In this document: positions 41,977-53,393 of the stretch, one piece after another
How the letters are laid out: every line of letters begins with the position of its first letter
Position numbering within the stretch: the first letter of the stretch is position 1
Assembly: GCA_050257375.1 (NCBI GenBank)
Contig: JBLMWT010000143.1
Coordinates: forward strand, 1 to 63,865
Length of the DNA: 63,865 bases
Reading direction: 5' to 3'
Origin: Sphingomonadaceae bacterium
Lineage (GTDB): Bacteria > Pseudomonadota > Gammaproteobacteria > Burkholderiales > SG8-39
Made by a program: the position numbers and the translations under genes
The notes under the pieces: model-generated
Seen by the model: only the letters and a program-made list of their open reading frames with translations
What the model was told of the DNA's origin: nothing
Databases searched by the model: none

Positions 41977-43109
41977 TCGGTAGCGTCCGTGTTGGTGCCC
42001 GCGTCGGCGAGCGTGCGCCGCTTGCGCACGGCATCGGCGAGCACCTCCAGGGCGGCCGCGGAATCTTCCCAGCCGAGGCAGGCGTCGGTGATGCTCTGCC
42101 CGAAGGCGAGCGGCTGGCCCGCCACGAAGTCCTGGCGCCCCTCGACCAGGTTCGATTCGATCATCACGCCGACGATGCGCTGCTCGCCCGCGGCAATGCG
42201 CCCGGCCACATCGCCGCACACCTTGAGCTGCTGCCTGAAGTCCTTGCGGCTGTTGGCGTGCGAGCAGTCGATCATCAGGCGCTCGGCGAGACCCGCGCGG
42301 CGCAGCTCTTCGGCCGCGGCGTCCACGCTCGCGGCATCGTAGTTCGGCTGCCTGCCGCCGCGCAGGATGATGTGGCAATCGTCGTTTCCGCGCGTCTCCA
42401 CGATCGCCACCTGCCCGCTCTTGTGCACCGAGAGGAAGTGGTGTTCCTGGCGCGCAGCGAGGATCGCATCCACCGCGATCTTCACGTTGCCGTCGGTGCC
42501 GTTCTTGAAGCCGACCGCGGCCGAAAGCCCCGACGCCAGCTCGCGGTGCACCTGCGACTCCGTCGTGCGCGCGCCGATCGCGCCCCACGAAACCAGATCG
42601 CCGATGTACTGCGGCGAGATCACGTCGAGGAATTCGCAGCCTGCAGGCACGCCGAGCTGGTTGATGCGCACGAGCAGGTCCCGCGCGATGCGCAATCCTT
42701 CGTTGATGCGAAAGCTGCCGTTCATGTACGGGTCGTTGATCAGGCCCTTCCAGCCCACCGTGGTGCGCGGCTTCTCGAAGTACACGCGCATCAGGACCTC
42801 GAGCTCGCCCGCGTGGCGCTGCCGCTCGGCCGCGAGCCGGCTGGCATAGGCGAGCGCCGCGGCCGGGTCGTGAATCGAGCACGGCCCAATCACGACCAGC
42901 AGCCGGTCGGACTGCCCGTGGAGCGCCGCGCGCACGCGCCGCCTCGTGTCCGAGATGAGCGTCTCGACGGGCGTGCCCTGGATCGGGAAAAAGCGGATCA
43001 GGTGCTCGGGCGGAGGCAGCGGGACGATATTCTCGATGCGCTCGTCGTCGGTCAGCGAGGTCTTGTCTGTCGGCGGAACCGCCAGGTAGTTGTCAGTGGG
43101 TGCAGTCAT
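41973..43109 (-). CDS. aroG: 3-deoxy-7-phosphoheptulonate (DAHP) synthase, class I
   Basis: RLLVVIGPCSIHD and KPRTTVGWKGLINDP motifs. ATG 43109 chosen because the ORF-track TTG 43130 lies inside the U tract of the upstream terminator. Confidence 0.9.
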   Translation of the reverse strand: MTAPTDNYLAVPPTDKTSLTDDERIENIVPLPPPEHLIRFFPIQGTPVETLISDTRRRVRAALHGQSDRLLVVIGPCSIHDPAAALAYASRLAAERQRHAGELEVLMRVYFEKPRTTVGWKGLINDPYMNGSFRINEGLRIARDLLVRINQLGVPAGCEFLDVISPQYIGDLVSWGAIGARTTESQVHRELASGLSAAVGFKNGTDGNVKIAVDAILAARQEHHFLSVHKSGQVAIVETRGNDDCHIILRGGRQPNYDAASVDAAAEELRRAGLAERLMIDCSHANSRKDFRQQLKVCGDVAGRIAAGEQRIVGVMIESNLVEGRQDFVAGQPLAFGQSITDACLGWEDSAAALEVLADAVRKRRTLADAGTNTDATD

Positions 43110-43128
43110 GGGCGTCTTCGGCAGTGGC

Positions 43129-43163
43129 AAAAAAAAACCGCCAGGCTTTGCGGCTCTGGCGGT
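43129..43163 (-). terminator. intrinsic terminator of the aroG leader (attenuator)
   Basis: Minus-strand RNA ACCGCCAG-AGCCGCAAAGC-CUGGCGGU followed by a run of 9 U (plus-strand A9 at 43129-43137). Ends 19 nt before the aroG ATG. Confidence 0.7.
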
Positions 43164-43187
43164 TTTCGGGATCAGTTCGGGCTGCGG

Positions 43188-43253
43188 CTAGCCGTTCCCC
43201 TCCGCCAGTGGGCGCGGGAAAAAGAAGAAGAAGCCGTAAAACCAGCGTTTCAT
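43188..43253 (-). CDS. candidate Phe-rich leader peptide MKRWFYGFFFFFPRPLAEGNG
   Basis: ATG 43253 with GAGGG 7 nt upstream. 21 codons including W-F-Y and five consecutive Phe codons. TAG at 43190-43188. Confidence 0.65.
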   Translation of the reverse strand: MKRWFYGFFFFFPRPLAEGNG

Positions 43254-43461
43254 CGCAGTGCCCTCAGCCGAATTGAAGCACGGCACCCCTCGGCTTGGCA
43301 ACCAGAGCGTGATCAGCACTCGAGACTCACGGCTGCCAGGCCGACGGACGGCGGCCACACCGGAACCGGTGCACAGTCTCTCTGGCCCAAGTGTTGCTAC
43401 GCTAGAAGCAGTCGTGCTACGTTTTTCGCGCGGTCGTTCCGCCGAAAAACAAGGAGGCAAT

Positions 43462-44442
43462 ATGTCGGCAAGCGTCGCTCAACCTGTCGCCATTCCGGTC
43501 GCCGGCTTCAAGGACGTCTACTGCGTCGGCGACGTCGAGCGAGCCCTGCAGGAGCTGCCGCCCTCGTCGAACGAAGCCCTGCGCACGGTGTACGAGAAGA
43601 TGCTGCGCATCGGCGGCCAGCGCTTCACGGTCAAGCCCTCGACGATGCCGTCCATGGACGAGCTGTTCGAAGAACTACCCAACTTCACCGAGGTACTCGA
43701 GGACATCCGCCGCCAGCTCGCGCTGTGCATCGACTCGAGCGACTCGGTCGAGCTGGCGCCCGCGCTGCTGCTCGGCGAGCCCGGCATCGGCAAGACGCAC
43801 TTTGCGCGCCGCGTGGCGCAGCTGCTCGGCACGGGCTTCGGCTTCGTGCCGATGAGCTCGCTCACCGCCGGCTGGATTCTGTCGGGCGCGTCGTCGCAGT
43901 GGAAGAACGCCAAGCCGGGCAAGGTCTTCGAGACCTTCCTGCACGGGGATTACGCCAACCCCGTGATGGTGGTCGACGAGATCGACAAGGCCGCCGACGG
44001 CGGGCAGTACGACCCGCTCGGCGCGCTCTATGGACTGCTCGAGAGCGCAACCGCGACGCAGTTCGTGGACGAGTTCGTCGAAATTCCGATCGACGCATCG
44101 GGGGCGGTCTGGTTCGCGACTGCGAACGACGCTGCGCGCATACCGGAGCCGATCCTGAACCGCATGAACATCTACGAGATCGACCCGCCGGACGCCGCAG
44201 GCTCGGCGCGCATCGCGCGCACGATCTACCGCGAGATCCGCGGCGCGCACGACTGGGGGCGGCGCTTCCCCGAGGAGCCGGGTGCGGCCCTCGTCGACAA
44301 GCTCGCCGCGCTCACGCCGCGCGAGATGCGCCGCGCGGTGCAAAATGCGTTCGGTAACGCCAAGATCGCCGGCCGCAGCGAGGTGAGCCCGGACGACGTG
44401 CCCGACAACCGCGGCGCGCGCCGGCAGCGCGTCGGGTTCTAG
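43462..44442 (+). CDS. AAA+ ATPase with Lon-like ATPase module and no protease domain
   Basis: AAGGAGG RBS before ATG 43462. Walker A GEPGIGKT, Walker B VMVVDEIDK, ...FATANDAARIPEPILNRM sensor region. N-terminal ~110 aa not recognised. Confidence 0.8.
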   Translation: MSASVAQPVAIPVAGFKDVYCVGDVERALQELPPSSNEALRTVYEKMLRIGGQRFTVKPSTMPSMDELFEELPNFTEVLEDIRRQLALCIDSSDSVELAPALLLGEPGIGKTHFARRVAQLLGTGFGFVPMSSLTAGWILSGASSQWKNAKPGKVFETFLHGDYANPVMVVDEIDKAADGGQYDPLGALYGLLESATATQFVDEFVEIPIDASGAVWFATANDAARIPEPILNRMNIYEIDPPDAAGSARIARTIYREIRGAHDWGRRFPEEPGAALVDKLAALTPREMRRAVQNAFGNAKIAGRSEVSPDDVPDNRGARRQRVGF

Positions 44443-44915
44443 GCCTTCGCTAGAAGGCGGCCGCAGGCCAGCACCGCGACCCACACGACGAGCGATACGG
44501 CCGCGGCCGTGCGCGCTGCGCCGGGAGGCGCGACCTGGGTGTCCCAGCGCTCGGCGCCGCGGAACGTGCCGGCATGAAAGATCGCCGCGTTCGTGCCGCC
44601 CGCGAGGATCAGCATCATCTTGAGCGCGAACAACGGGCTGCCGATGAGCTCGCCCGCCCGCGCAAGGAACATGAGCAGGCCGCTCGGCACGATGAGCAGG
44701 AAGCTCGCCGCCGTCCAGGGCAGCACGTGCGCGGCGAGCCGGCGCACCGGAATCGTGCGCGAGAGACCGAGCAGGCGCAGGTCGAGCACCGCGACGGAGC
44801 CGACCAGCAACGCGACGCCCGTCAGGTGCACGATCGCGACCACGTCGTGCAGCGCGCCCGGCCCGCGCAGCGCCACCGCCAGCGGCAGCGACTCGATCGC
44901 GTCGAGCGGAGTCAT
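44439..44915 (-). CDS. hypothetical integral membrane protein
   Basis: 158 aa with four predicted hydrophobic helices. No family confidently recognised. Confidence 0.55.
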   Translation of the reverse strand: MTPLDAIESLPLAVALRGPGALHDVVAIVHLTGVALLVGSVAVLDLRLLGLSRTIPVRRLAAHVLPWTAASFLLIVPSGLLMFLARAGELIGSPLFALKMMLILAGGTNAAIFHAGTFRGAERWDTQVAPPGAARTAAAVSLVVWVAVLACGRLLAKA

Positions 44916-44925
44916 CGCGCCGCGG

Positions 44926-47541
<2,616 letters not shown>

Positions 47542-47582
47542 GGGTCCCGCACGAGGGGAAAGTGCTTGATTTTACAGCAACG

Positions 47583-48155
47583 TCACTTTCCTTTGAGAGT
47601 GCCACCGGCGGCCAGCAACGCCATCGACTCGCGCGTGAATTCGGCGCGCGGCGCGTCGCCGCCGATCACGAACATGAGGATCGAGTATTTGCGCTTGCTT
47701 CCGCGCGTAACGTTCATGAAGCGGCGCGACACGCCCGGCGGAAAGGAGATCACGTCCAGAGGCTTGAGATCGACGTGCTCGATGCGCCCTTTCTCGTTTT
47801 CCCAGCTCGCGCGCCAGGTGCCCGTCATCGGAATGAAAGTTTCGTTGGTATCGTGGTTGTGAAACATCGGCCCGCGCCCGGGCAGCGCGCGGCAGTAGCC
47901 GAGGTTGAATCCCTCGGAGATCTTGATCGCCGCCAGGCGCGAGGCCCGATCGCCCACCGGAGAAGTCACCGCGCCGCGATTCTCTCCCTTCGGCGGCTGG
48001 AAGCCGATCACGTTGTAGAGGATCCGCTCGCAGCCGGGATACCGGCTGTCGGGCAGCCCGCCGTCGGATCCCTTGAGCGTGCCGAAGCGCGCCACGCGCT
48101 TGAGCATGGCCTTGCGCGAAACCCTGATCCTGCGCAACTGTTCGCGGTCGTTCAT
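47583..48155 (-). CDS. cupin domain protein
   Basis: ATG 48155 with GGAGG RBS. Cupin-like G(P)MFHNHDTNETFIPMTG motif. Confidence 0.7.
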   Translation of the reverse strand: MNDREQLRRIRVSRKAMLKRVARFGTLKGSDGGLPDSRYPGCERILYNVIGFQPPKGENRGAVTSPVGDRASRLAAIKISEGFNLGYCRALPGRGPMFHNHDTNETFIPMTGTWRASWENEKGRIEHVDLKPLDVISFPPGVSRRFMNVTRGSKRKYSILMFVIGGDAPRAEFTRESMALLAAGGTLKGK

Positions 48156-48213
48156 CGTTTCCTCCTTTTCGCGGTCCGTGTAGATTATCGCGTTCTCACC
48201 AGGGACGAGGAGC

Positions 48214-49302
48214 ATGAAGCTCGGCTACTTCACCATGCCGCTGCATCCGCCGCAGCGCAACTACGTCGACACACTCAAGGAGGACCGCGAGGCGATCCTG
48301 CTTGCAGACCGGCTCGGCTACTGCGAGGCCTTCGTCGGCGAGCACGTGACCGACATCGCCGAATCGGTCACTAGTTGCGCGGCTTTCCTGGCGAGCCTGG
48401 TGCACGAGACCAACACAATCAAGCTCGGCACCGGGACGCTCAACCTGCCGAACGGCCATCCCGCGCAGCTCGCGGCCACCGTGTCGATGCTGGACAACAT
48501 GCTCGAGGGCCGCTTCATCGTCGGCATCAGCCCGGGCGGATTGCCTTCGGACTGGGAAGTGTTCGAGAACATGGGCAAGGACCGCACGGCCATGTTCGTC
48601 GAGTGCATCGACCACATGATCGGCATCTGGACCGGCACGGCGCCGTACAACCTGAAGGGCCGGTTCTGGAATGTCTCGACCGAGAAGACCATGATCCCCG
48701 ATATCGGCCAGGGGATCATTCCCAAGCCCTACCAGAAGCCGCACCCGCCGATCGTGGTCACCGCCGTGGAACCGTTCTCCAAGGGCGTGAGCGAGGCAGC
48801 CAAGCGCGGCTGGGACCCGATCTCGGCGAACTTCCTGCTGCCGCAATGGGTGAAGTCGCACTGGCCCAAATACGCCGAGGGCTGCGCCGCCGCGGGGCGC
48901 AAGGCGGATCCCGCCAATTGGCGCGTGGCGAAGACCGTGTTCGTCGCCGACGACGCGGCGACCGCACGCGAGTACGGCCTCGGCGAGCGCAGTCCGTATC
49001 GCTTCTACTACAAGCAGCTGTTCTTCAAGCTGAAGCGCGCCGGACGGATCAATCTCTTCAAGCCTTCGAAGGACACGCCCGACGACGACGTGACGCTCGA
49101 CCGCGTGGTGGAGAGCCTCGTCATCGCGGGGACCGCCGACCGGGTCGCCGACGAGTTGCTCGCCTTGCGCGAGACCACGGGCGAGTTCGGCACCCTGCTG
49201 TATTGCGGCGTCGACTGGGTCGACGCGCGCCTGGCGCGCCGCTCGATGGAACTGATGGCCGAGAAAGTGATGCCCGCCGTCAACCGCGCGATCGGGGGAT
49301 GA
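48214..49302 (+). CDS. LLM-class (luciferase-like) flavin-dependent monooxygenase
   Basis: MKLGYFTMPLHPP...LGYCEAFVGEH; 362 aa TIM-barrel family. GAGGAG RBS. Confidence 0.85.
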   Translation: MKLGYFTMPLHPPQRNYVDTLKEDREAILLADRLGYCEAFVGEHVTDIAESVTSCAAFLASLVHETNTIKLGTGTLNLPNGHPAQLAATVSMLDNMLEGRFIVGISPGGLPSDWEVFENMGKDRTAMFVECIDHMIGIWTGTAPYNLKGRFWNVSTEKTMIPDIGQGIIPKPYQKPHPPIVVTAVEPFSKGVSEAAKRGWDPISANFLLPQWVKSHWPKYAEGCAAAGRKADPANWRVAKTVFVADDAATAREYGLGERSPYRFYYKQLFFKLKRAGRINLFKPSKDTPDDDVTLDRVVESLVIAGTADRVADELLALRETTGEFGTLLYCGVDWVDARLARRSMELMAEKVMPAVNRAIGG

Positions 49303-50186
49303 CGATGGCGCAAGGCAAGCTGCCGCGCGAGCGCGTGCCCTATTCGGCGATCGTCGACCGGCCGCCGCTCAAGCTCCCGGGCGGCGCGCGCATGGTCGTG
49401 TGGACGATCGTGAACGTCGAGGAGTGGTCGATCGAGCGCCACATGCCGCGCACCGTGCTGCCGCCCCCGATGGGCCAGCCGCTGCAGCCCGACCTGCCCA
49501 ACTGGGCCTGGCACGAGTACGGCATGCGGGTCGGCTTCTGGCGCATCGCCGAGGTGCTCGCGCGCCGCAAGCTGATCCCGACCCTGGCGGTCAACGGCTC
49601 GGTGCTGAGGAGCTATCCGCGCATCGCCGAAGCCGCGCGCGCCGCGCACTGGGAGTTCATGGGCCACGGCTATCTGCAGGGGCCGATGCACCAAGTCGCC
49701 GACCAGCGCCAGGCGATCCGCGACACGATCGAGGCGATCCGTGCGTTCACCGGCAAGGCGCCGCGCGGCTGGGAGAGCCCGGGGCTCACCGAGACCTACG
49801 ACACGATCGACATCCTGCACGAAGAGGGTATCGAGTACGTTGCCGACTGGGTGCTGGACGATCAGCCGGTGAAGATCCGGACCTCGAAGGGCCACATCGT
49901 GTCGGTGCCTTACACGCTGGAGGTGAACGACATCCCCATGATGGCGCTGCAGCACCACGGCTCTGACGAGCTGTTCAGGCGCGGCGCCGCCCAGTTCGAC
50001 CAGCTCTACGAGGAAAGCGCGGCCGTCACGCGCGTCATGGCGATCAGCGTGCACCCGTACATCACCGGCGTGGCGCACCGCATCGGCTGGCTGGAGAAGC
50101 TCTACCAGCACATCCAGTCGCGCCCGGGCGTGTTGCTGTGGACCGGCGAGCAGATCCTGGACTGGTACATGACACAGGATCGTTGA
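49299..50186 (+). CDS. polysaccharide-deacetylase-fold (PuuE-like) hydrolase
   Basis: ATG 49299 overlaps the LLM stop (ATGA). ...VVWTIVNVEEW...HEYG.RVGFWR... pattern of the deacetylase/allantoinase-PuuE-like fold. Confidence 0.75.
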   Translation: MTMAQGKLPRERVPYSAIVDRPPLKLPGGARMVVWTIVNVEEWSIERHMPRTVLPPPMGQPLQPDLPNWAWHEYGMRVGFWRIAEVLARRKLIPTLAVNGSVLRSYPRIAEAARAAHWEFMGHGYLQGPMHQVADQRQAIRDTIEAIRAFTGKAPRGWESPGLTETYDTIDILHEEGIEYVADWVLDDQPVKIRTSKGHIVSVPYTLEVNDIPMMALQHHGSDELFRRGAAQFDQLYEESAAVTRVMAISVHPYITGVAHRIGWLEKLYQHIQSRPGVLLWTGEQILDWYMTQDR

Positions 50187-50269
50187 CTGCTGATACACTT
50201 TTCAAAACAAGTCCCCGGGCGCAAGAAGAGGACACCAACGAAATTCATCTCTAGGAGGAGGAACCGGCA

Positions 50270-51532
50270 ATGATCAAGCGACGTTCATTCGTGCGCGCCT
50301 CGCTGGCCGCGGGCGCTATCGCCCTGGCTGCGTCCGGCTCGCTGTTATCGGTCCCGGCGCAGGCCGCGCAGCCGCTGAAGATCGGCTTCAGCATGGCGCT
50401 GTCCGGCGGCCTTGCGGGCGCCGGCAAGGCGGCGCTCATCGCCATGGAGATCTGGCGCGACGACATCAACAAGAAAGGCGGCCTGCTCGGTCGGCCGGTC
50501 GAATTCGTCTACTACGACGACGCCACCAATCCCTCGACGGTGCCGGGCATCTACACCAAGCTGCTCGACGTCGACAAGGTCGATCTGGTGGTGTCCAGTT
50601 ACGGCACCAACGAGATCTCGCCGGCGATGCCGATCGTGATGCGCAAGAAGCTGGTGTTCCCGTCGCTCTTCGGCCTCGCGGTCAACGACGAGTTCCACTA
50701 TGACCGCTACTTCCAGATCATGCCCGCGGGCCCGCAGCCGAAGCTGGACTGGTCCAGGGGTTTCTTCGAGCTCGCGAAAGCGCAGAATCCGAAGCCGCAG
50801 ACCGTGGCGATCGTCGCGGCCGATTCGGACTTCGCGCTCGCGGCCGCGGCCGGTGCGCGCGAGAACGCGAAGAAAGACGGCTTCAAGATCGTCTACGACA
50901 AGACCTACCCGCCGAGCACGACCGACTTCACGCCGATCGTGCGCGCGATCCAGGCCGAGAAGCCGGACGTGGTGTTCGTCGCTTCGTATCCGCCGGACTC
51001 GGTCGGCATGGTGAAGGCGGCGCGCGAGGTGGGGCTCAAGGCGAAGATGTTCGGCGGCGGCATGGTCGGCCTGCAGTTCGCCGCCATCCAGAAGAACCTG
51101 GGACCGATGCTCGACAACATCGTCAACTACCACTTCTGGGTGCCGGCGCCGACGCTCAAGTTCCCGGGCATCGACGAGTTCCTGAAGAAGTATGAGGAGG
51201 CCGCGAAGGGCAAGGGCGTCGACCCACTCGGCCAGTACCTGCCGCCCTATGCCTACGCCTACATGCAGGTGCTCGGCGATGCGATCGAGGCGACCAAGGG
51301 CCTCGACCAAGGCAAGCTCGCCGCCTACATGCACAGCCACACTTTCGAAACGGTGGTCGGCAAGGTGAAGTTCGCGAAGAACGGCGAATGGGCGCAGTCG
51401 CGGGTGCTGATGACCCAGTTCCGCAATGTGAAGCCGGACAACCTGGATCAGTTCCGCGACCCCGGCACGCAGGTCGTGCTCTACCCGCCGCAGTGGAAAT
51501 CGGGGAACATCGTCTATCCCTTCAACGAGTAA
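50270..51532 (+). CDS. ABC transporter substrate-binding protein (Leu/Ile/Val/amide-binding family)
   Basis: Tat/Sec-like leader MIKRRSFVRASLAAGAIALA...AQA, then the LKIGFSMALSGGLAGAGK pattern typical of the LivJ/Peripla_BP_6 family. Confidence 0.9.
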   Translation: MIKRRSFVRASLAAGAIALAASGSLLSVPAQAAQPLKIGFSMALSGGLAGAGKAALIAMEIWRDDINKKGGLLGRPVEFVYYDDATNPSTVPGIYTKLLDVDKVDLVVSSYGTNEISPAMPIVMRKKLVFPSLFGLAVNDEFHYDRYFQIMPAGPQPKLDWSRGFFELAKAQNPKPQTVAIVAADSDFALAAAAGARENAKKDGFKIVYDKTYPPSTTDFTPIVRAIQAEKPDVVFVASYPPDSVGMVKAAREVGLKAKMFGGGMVGLQFAAIQKNLGPMLDNIVNYHFWVPAPTLKFPGIDEFLKKYEEAAKGKGVDPLGQYLPPYAYAYMQVLGDAIEATKGLDQGKLAAYMHSHTFETVVGKVKFAKNGEWAQSRVLMTQFRNVKPDNLDQFRDPGTQVVLYPPQWKSGNIVYPFNE

Positions 51533-51560
51533 GCCTCGCTAGGCAGGGCCCCGCGCGACG

Positions 51561-52436
51561 GTGCTTTCGGTCGATCTTCTCTCGAACGCGCTCGTCGCGG
51601 GGCTGCTGCTCGGCGGCTTCTACGCCGCCGTGTCGATCGGGCTGGCAATCAGCTTCGGCCAGCTCGACATCGTCAACATCGCCCACCCCGCGTTCATCGT
51701 CGTAGGCTCATACATCGCCTGGATCCTGAACAGCCACTTCGGGCTGGATCCGGTGCTGGTCGGCGTGCTCGCCTGCCCGCTGTTCTTCCTCGTCGGCGTG
51801 GCGGTGTACCGCGTCTACTACGCGGCCTTCGAGCGGACCGGACAGGAGTCGCTGAGCGGCCTGGCGTTCTTCTTCGGCCTGATGTTCATTCTCGAAGTGG
51901 GCCTCATGCTGGTGTACGGCGTGGACTACCGCCTCGTCACCGCAGGCTACATCGGCGCAAGCTTTAATCTCGGTCCGGTCGGGTTGCCGCTGCGCCTGGT
52001 GGTGCCGTTCGCGGCCGCGCTGCTGATGAGCGGGGCCGTCTGGCTGTACCTGTCGCGCACCTTCACCGGACGGGCGATCCTCGCCGTGGCGCAGGACCCG
52101 CTCGCGCTGCAGCTGATGGGCGCCGACCCGGTGCGCGTGAAGCAGTTCGCCTTCGGCCTGGCGATCGCCACCACCTCCATCGCGGGTTCGCTGCTTATCA
52201 TCATCGGCCCGGTGGAGCCCTCGGTCGGCCGGGACTACATCGGGCGCGTGTTCGCCATCGTGGTGCTCGGCGGGATGGGCAGCATCAGCGGGGCGTTCGC
52301 CGCCGCGCTCATCCTCGGAATCGTGGAGAGCCTGGTGTCGACCTTCGCCGGGCCGTCGTGGGCGCCGGCGGTGTCCTTCGGCGTGCTGCTGCTGACGCTC
52401 GCGGTGCGCCCCGCGGGCCTGTTCGGCAGACGCTAG
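51561..52436 (+). CDS. livH: branched-chain amino acid-type ABC transporter permease
   Basis: 291 aa polytopic protein, LivH-like (...GQLDIVNIAHPAF...GGMGSISGA...). Confidence 0.85.
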   Translation: MLSVDLLSNALVAGLLLGGFYAAVSIGLAISFGQLDIVNIAHPAFIVVGSYIAWILNSHFGLDPVLVGVLACPLFFLVGVAVYRVYYAAFERTGQESLSGLAFFFGLMFILEVGLMLVYGVDYRLVTAGYIGASFNLGPVGLPLRLVVPFAAALLMSGAVWLYLSRTFTGRAILAVAQDPLALQLMGADPVRVKQFAFGLAIATTSIAGSLLIIIGPVEPSVGRDYIGRVFAIVVLGGMGSISGAFAAALILGIVESLVSTFAGPSWAPAVSFGVLLLTLAVRPAGLFGRR

Positions 52437-53393
52437 ATGAAGCTCCGCCCGGGCGCGTTCTGGCCGTGCGTCGCCGCGACCGTCGTCGCGGGCCTCGTGC
52501 TCACCGAGGTGCTGCACAACGACTATTACTTCAATGCGCTGTACGTGATCCTGCAAGGCACGCTCATGGCGGTGGCCTGGAACATCCTCGGCGGATTCAC
52601 GGGCTACGTGAACTTCGGCAGCGCCGGCTTCTTCGCGGTCGGCGCCTACACCTCGATCTTCCTCGACAAGTACTTCGGCCACGTCCTCCCGCTCCCGGTG
52701 CTGATCGCCGCCGGCGCCGCCGTGTGCGCCCTCATCGGCCTGGGCGTCGGCTATCTCAGCCTGCGCCTGAAGGGGGTGTACTTCTCGATCGCCACGCTCG
52801 CGATGGCCATCGTCTTCGCCACCCTGATCAGCAACTGGCGCTACATCGGCGGCGCGCGCGGCGCCTACATCCTCACCCCGGACACCTACCTCTGGTTTCA
52901 CAGCTACATCCAGATGCTGTTCATGGTGATGCTGCTGCTCACGCTCGGCGCGGTGGCGATCTCGCGCGCGCTAGTGTCCTCGCGCCTGGGGCGCGGCCTG
53001 GCCGCGATCCGCGACGACGAAGTCGCCGCCGAGTGCTCGGGAGTGCCCACGCTGCGCCTGAAGCTGATATCCACGACGGTGATGGGCGCGCTGATGGGCG
53101 TGGCCGGCGCGCCCTATCCCTTCTTCGTCACCTTCGTCGATCCGGCCTCGGCGTTCAGCCTGTTCGTCGCCGTGAACGCGATCGCCATGCCGATGATCGG
53201 CGGCACCTCGCACTGGATCGGACCGGTCATCGGCGCGTTGCTGGTGGGCAGCATCCAGCAGGTGATCACCGTCACCGTGTCTTCCGAGCTGAACATCCTG
53301 CTCGTGGGCGTGATGCTGATCCTGTTCATCACGCTGGCGCCGCAAGGCATCGTGGGGCTCGCGCGCAAATACTTCGTGAGGCGCAGGCAATGA
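52437..53393 (+). CDS. livM: branched-chain amino acid-type ABC transporter permease
   Basis: 318 aa polytopic protein, LivM-like (...GGFTGYVNFGSAGFFAVGAY...). Confidence 0.85.
   Translation: MKLRPGAFWPCVAATVVAGLVLTEVLHNDYYFNALYVILQGTLMAVAWNILGGFTGYVNFGSAGFFAVGAYTSIFLDKYFGHVLPLPVLIAAGAAVCALIGLGVGYLSLRLKGVYFSIATLAMAIVFATLISNWRYIGGARGAYILTPDTYLWFHSYIQMLFMVMLLLTLGAVAISRALVSSRLGRGLAAIRDDEVAAECSGVPTLRLKLISTTVMGALMGVAGAPYPFFVTFVDPASAFSLFVAVNAIAMPMIGGTSHWIGPVIGALLVGSIQQVITVTVSSELNILLVGVMLILFITLAPQGIVGLARKYFVRRRQ

Noticed and set aside
43110-43130. TTG 43130 as the aroG start codon (ORF-track start)
   Set aside because: It lies inside the 9-U tract of the upstream terminator. The ATG at 43109 gives a normal DAHP synthase N-terminus.
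43137-43170. The same hairpin read as a plus-strand terminator
   Set aside because: On the plus strand it is followed by only TTTT-C, and no plus-strand gene ends upstream of it. The minus-strand reading has a 9-U tail and sits between the leader ORF and aroG.
43188-43460. 90-aa ORF on the minus strand upstream of aroG as a real protein
   Set aside because: Only its last 21 codons, starting at an internal ATG with an SD, have a meaningful pattern (the Phe run). The upstream part is featureless and overlaps the divergent promoter region.
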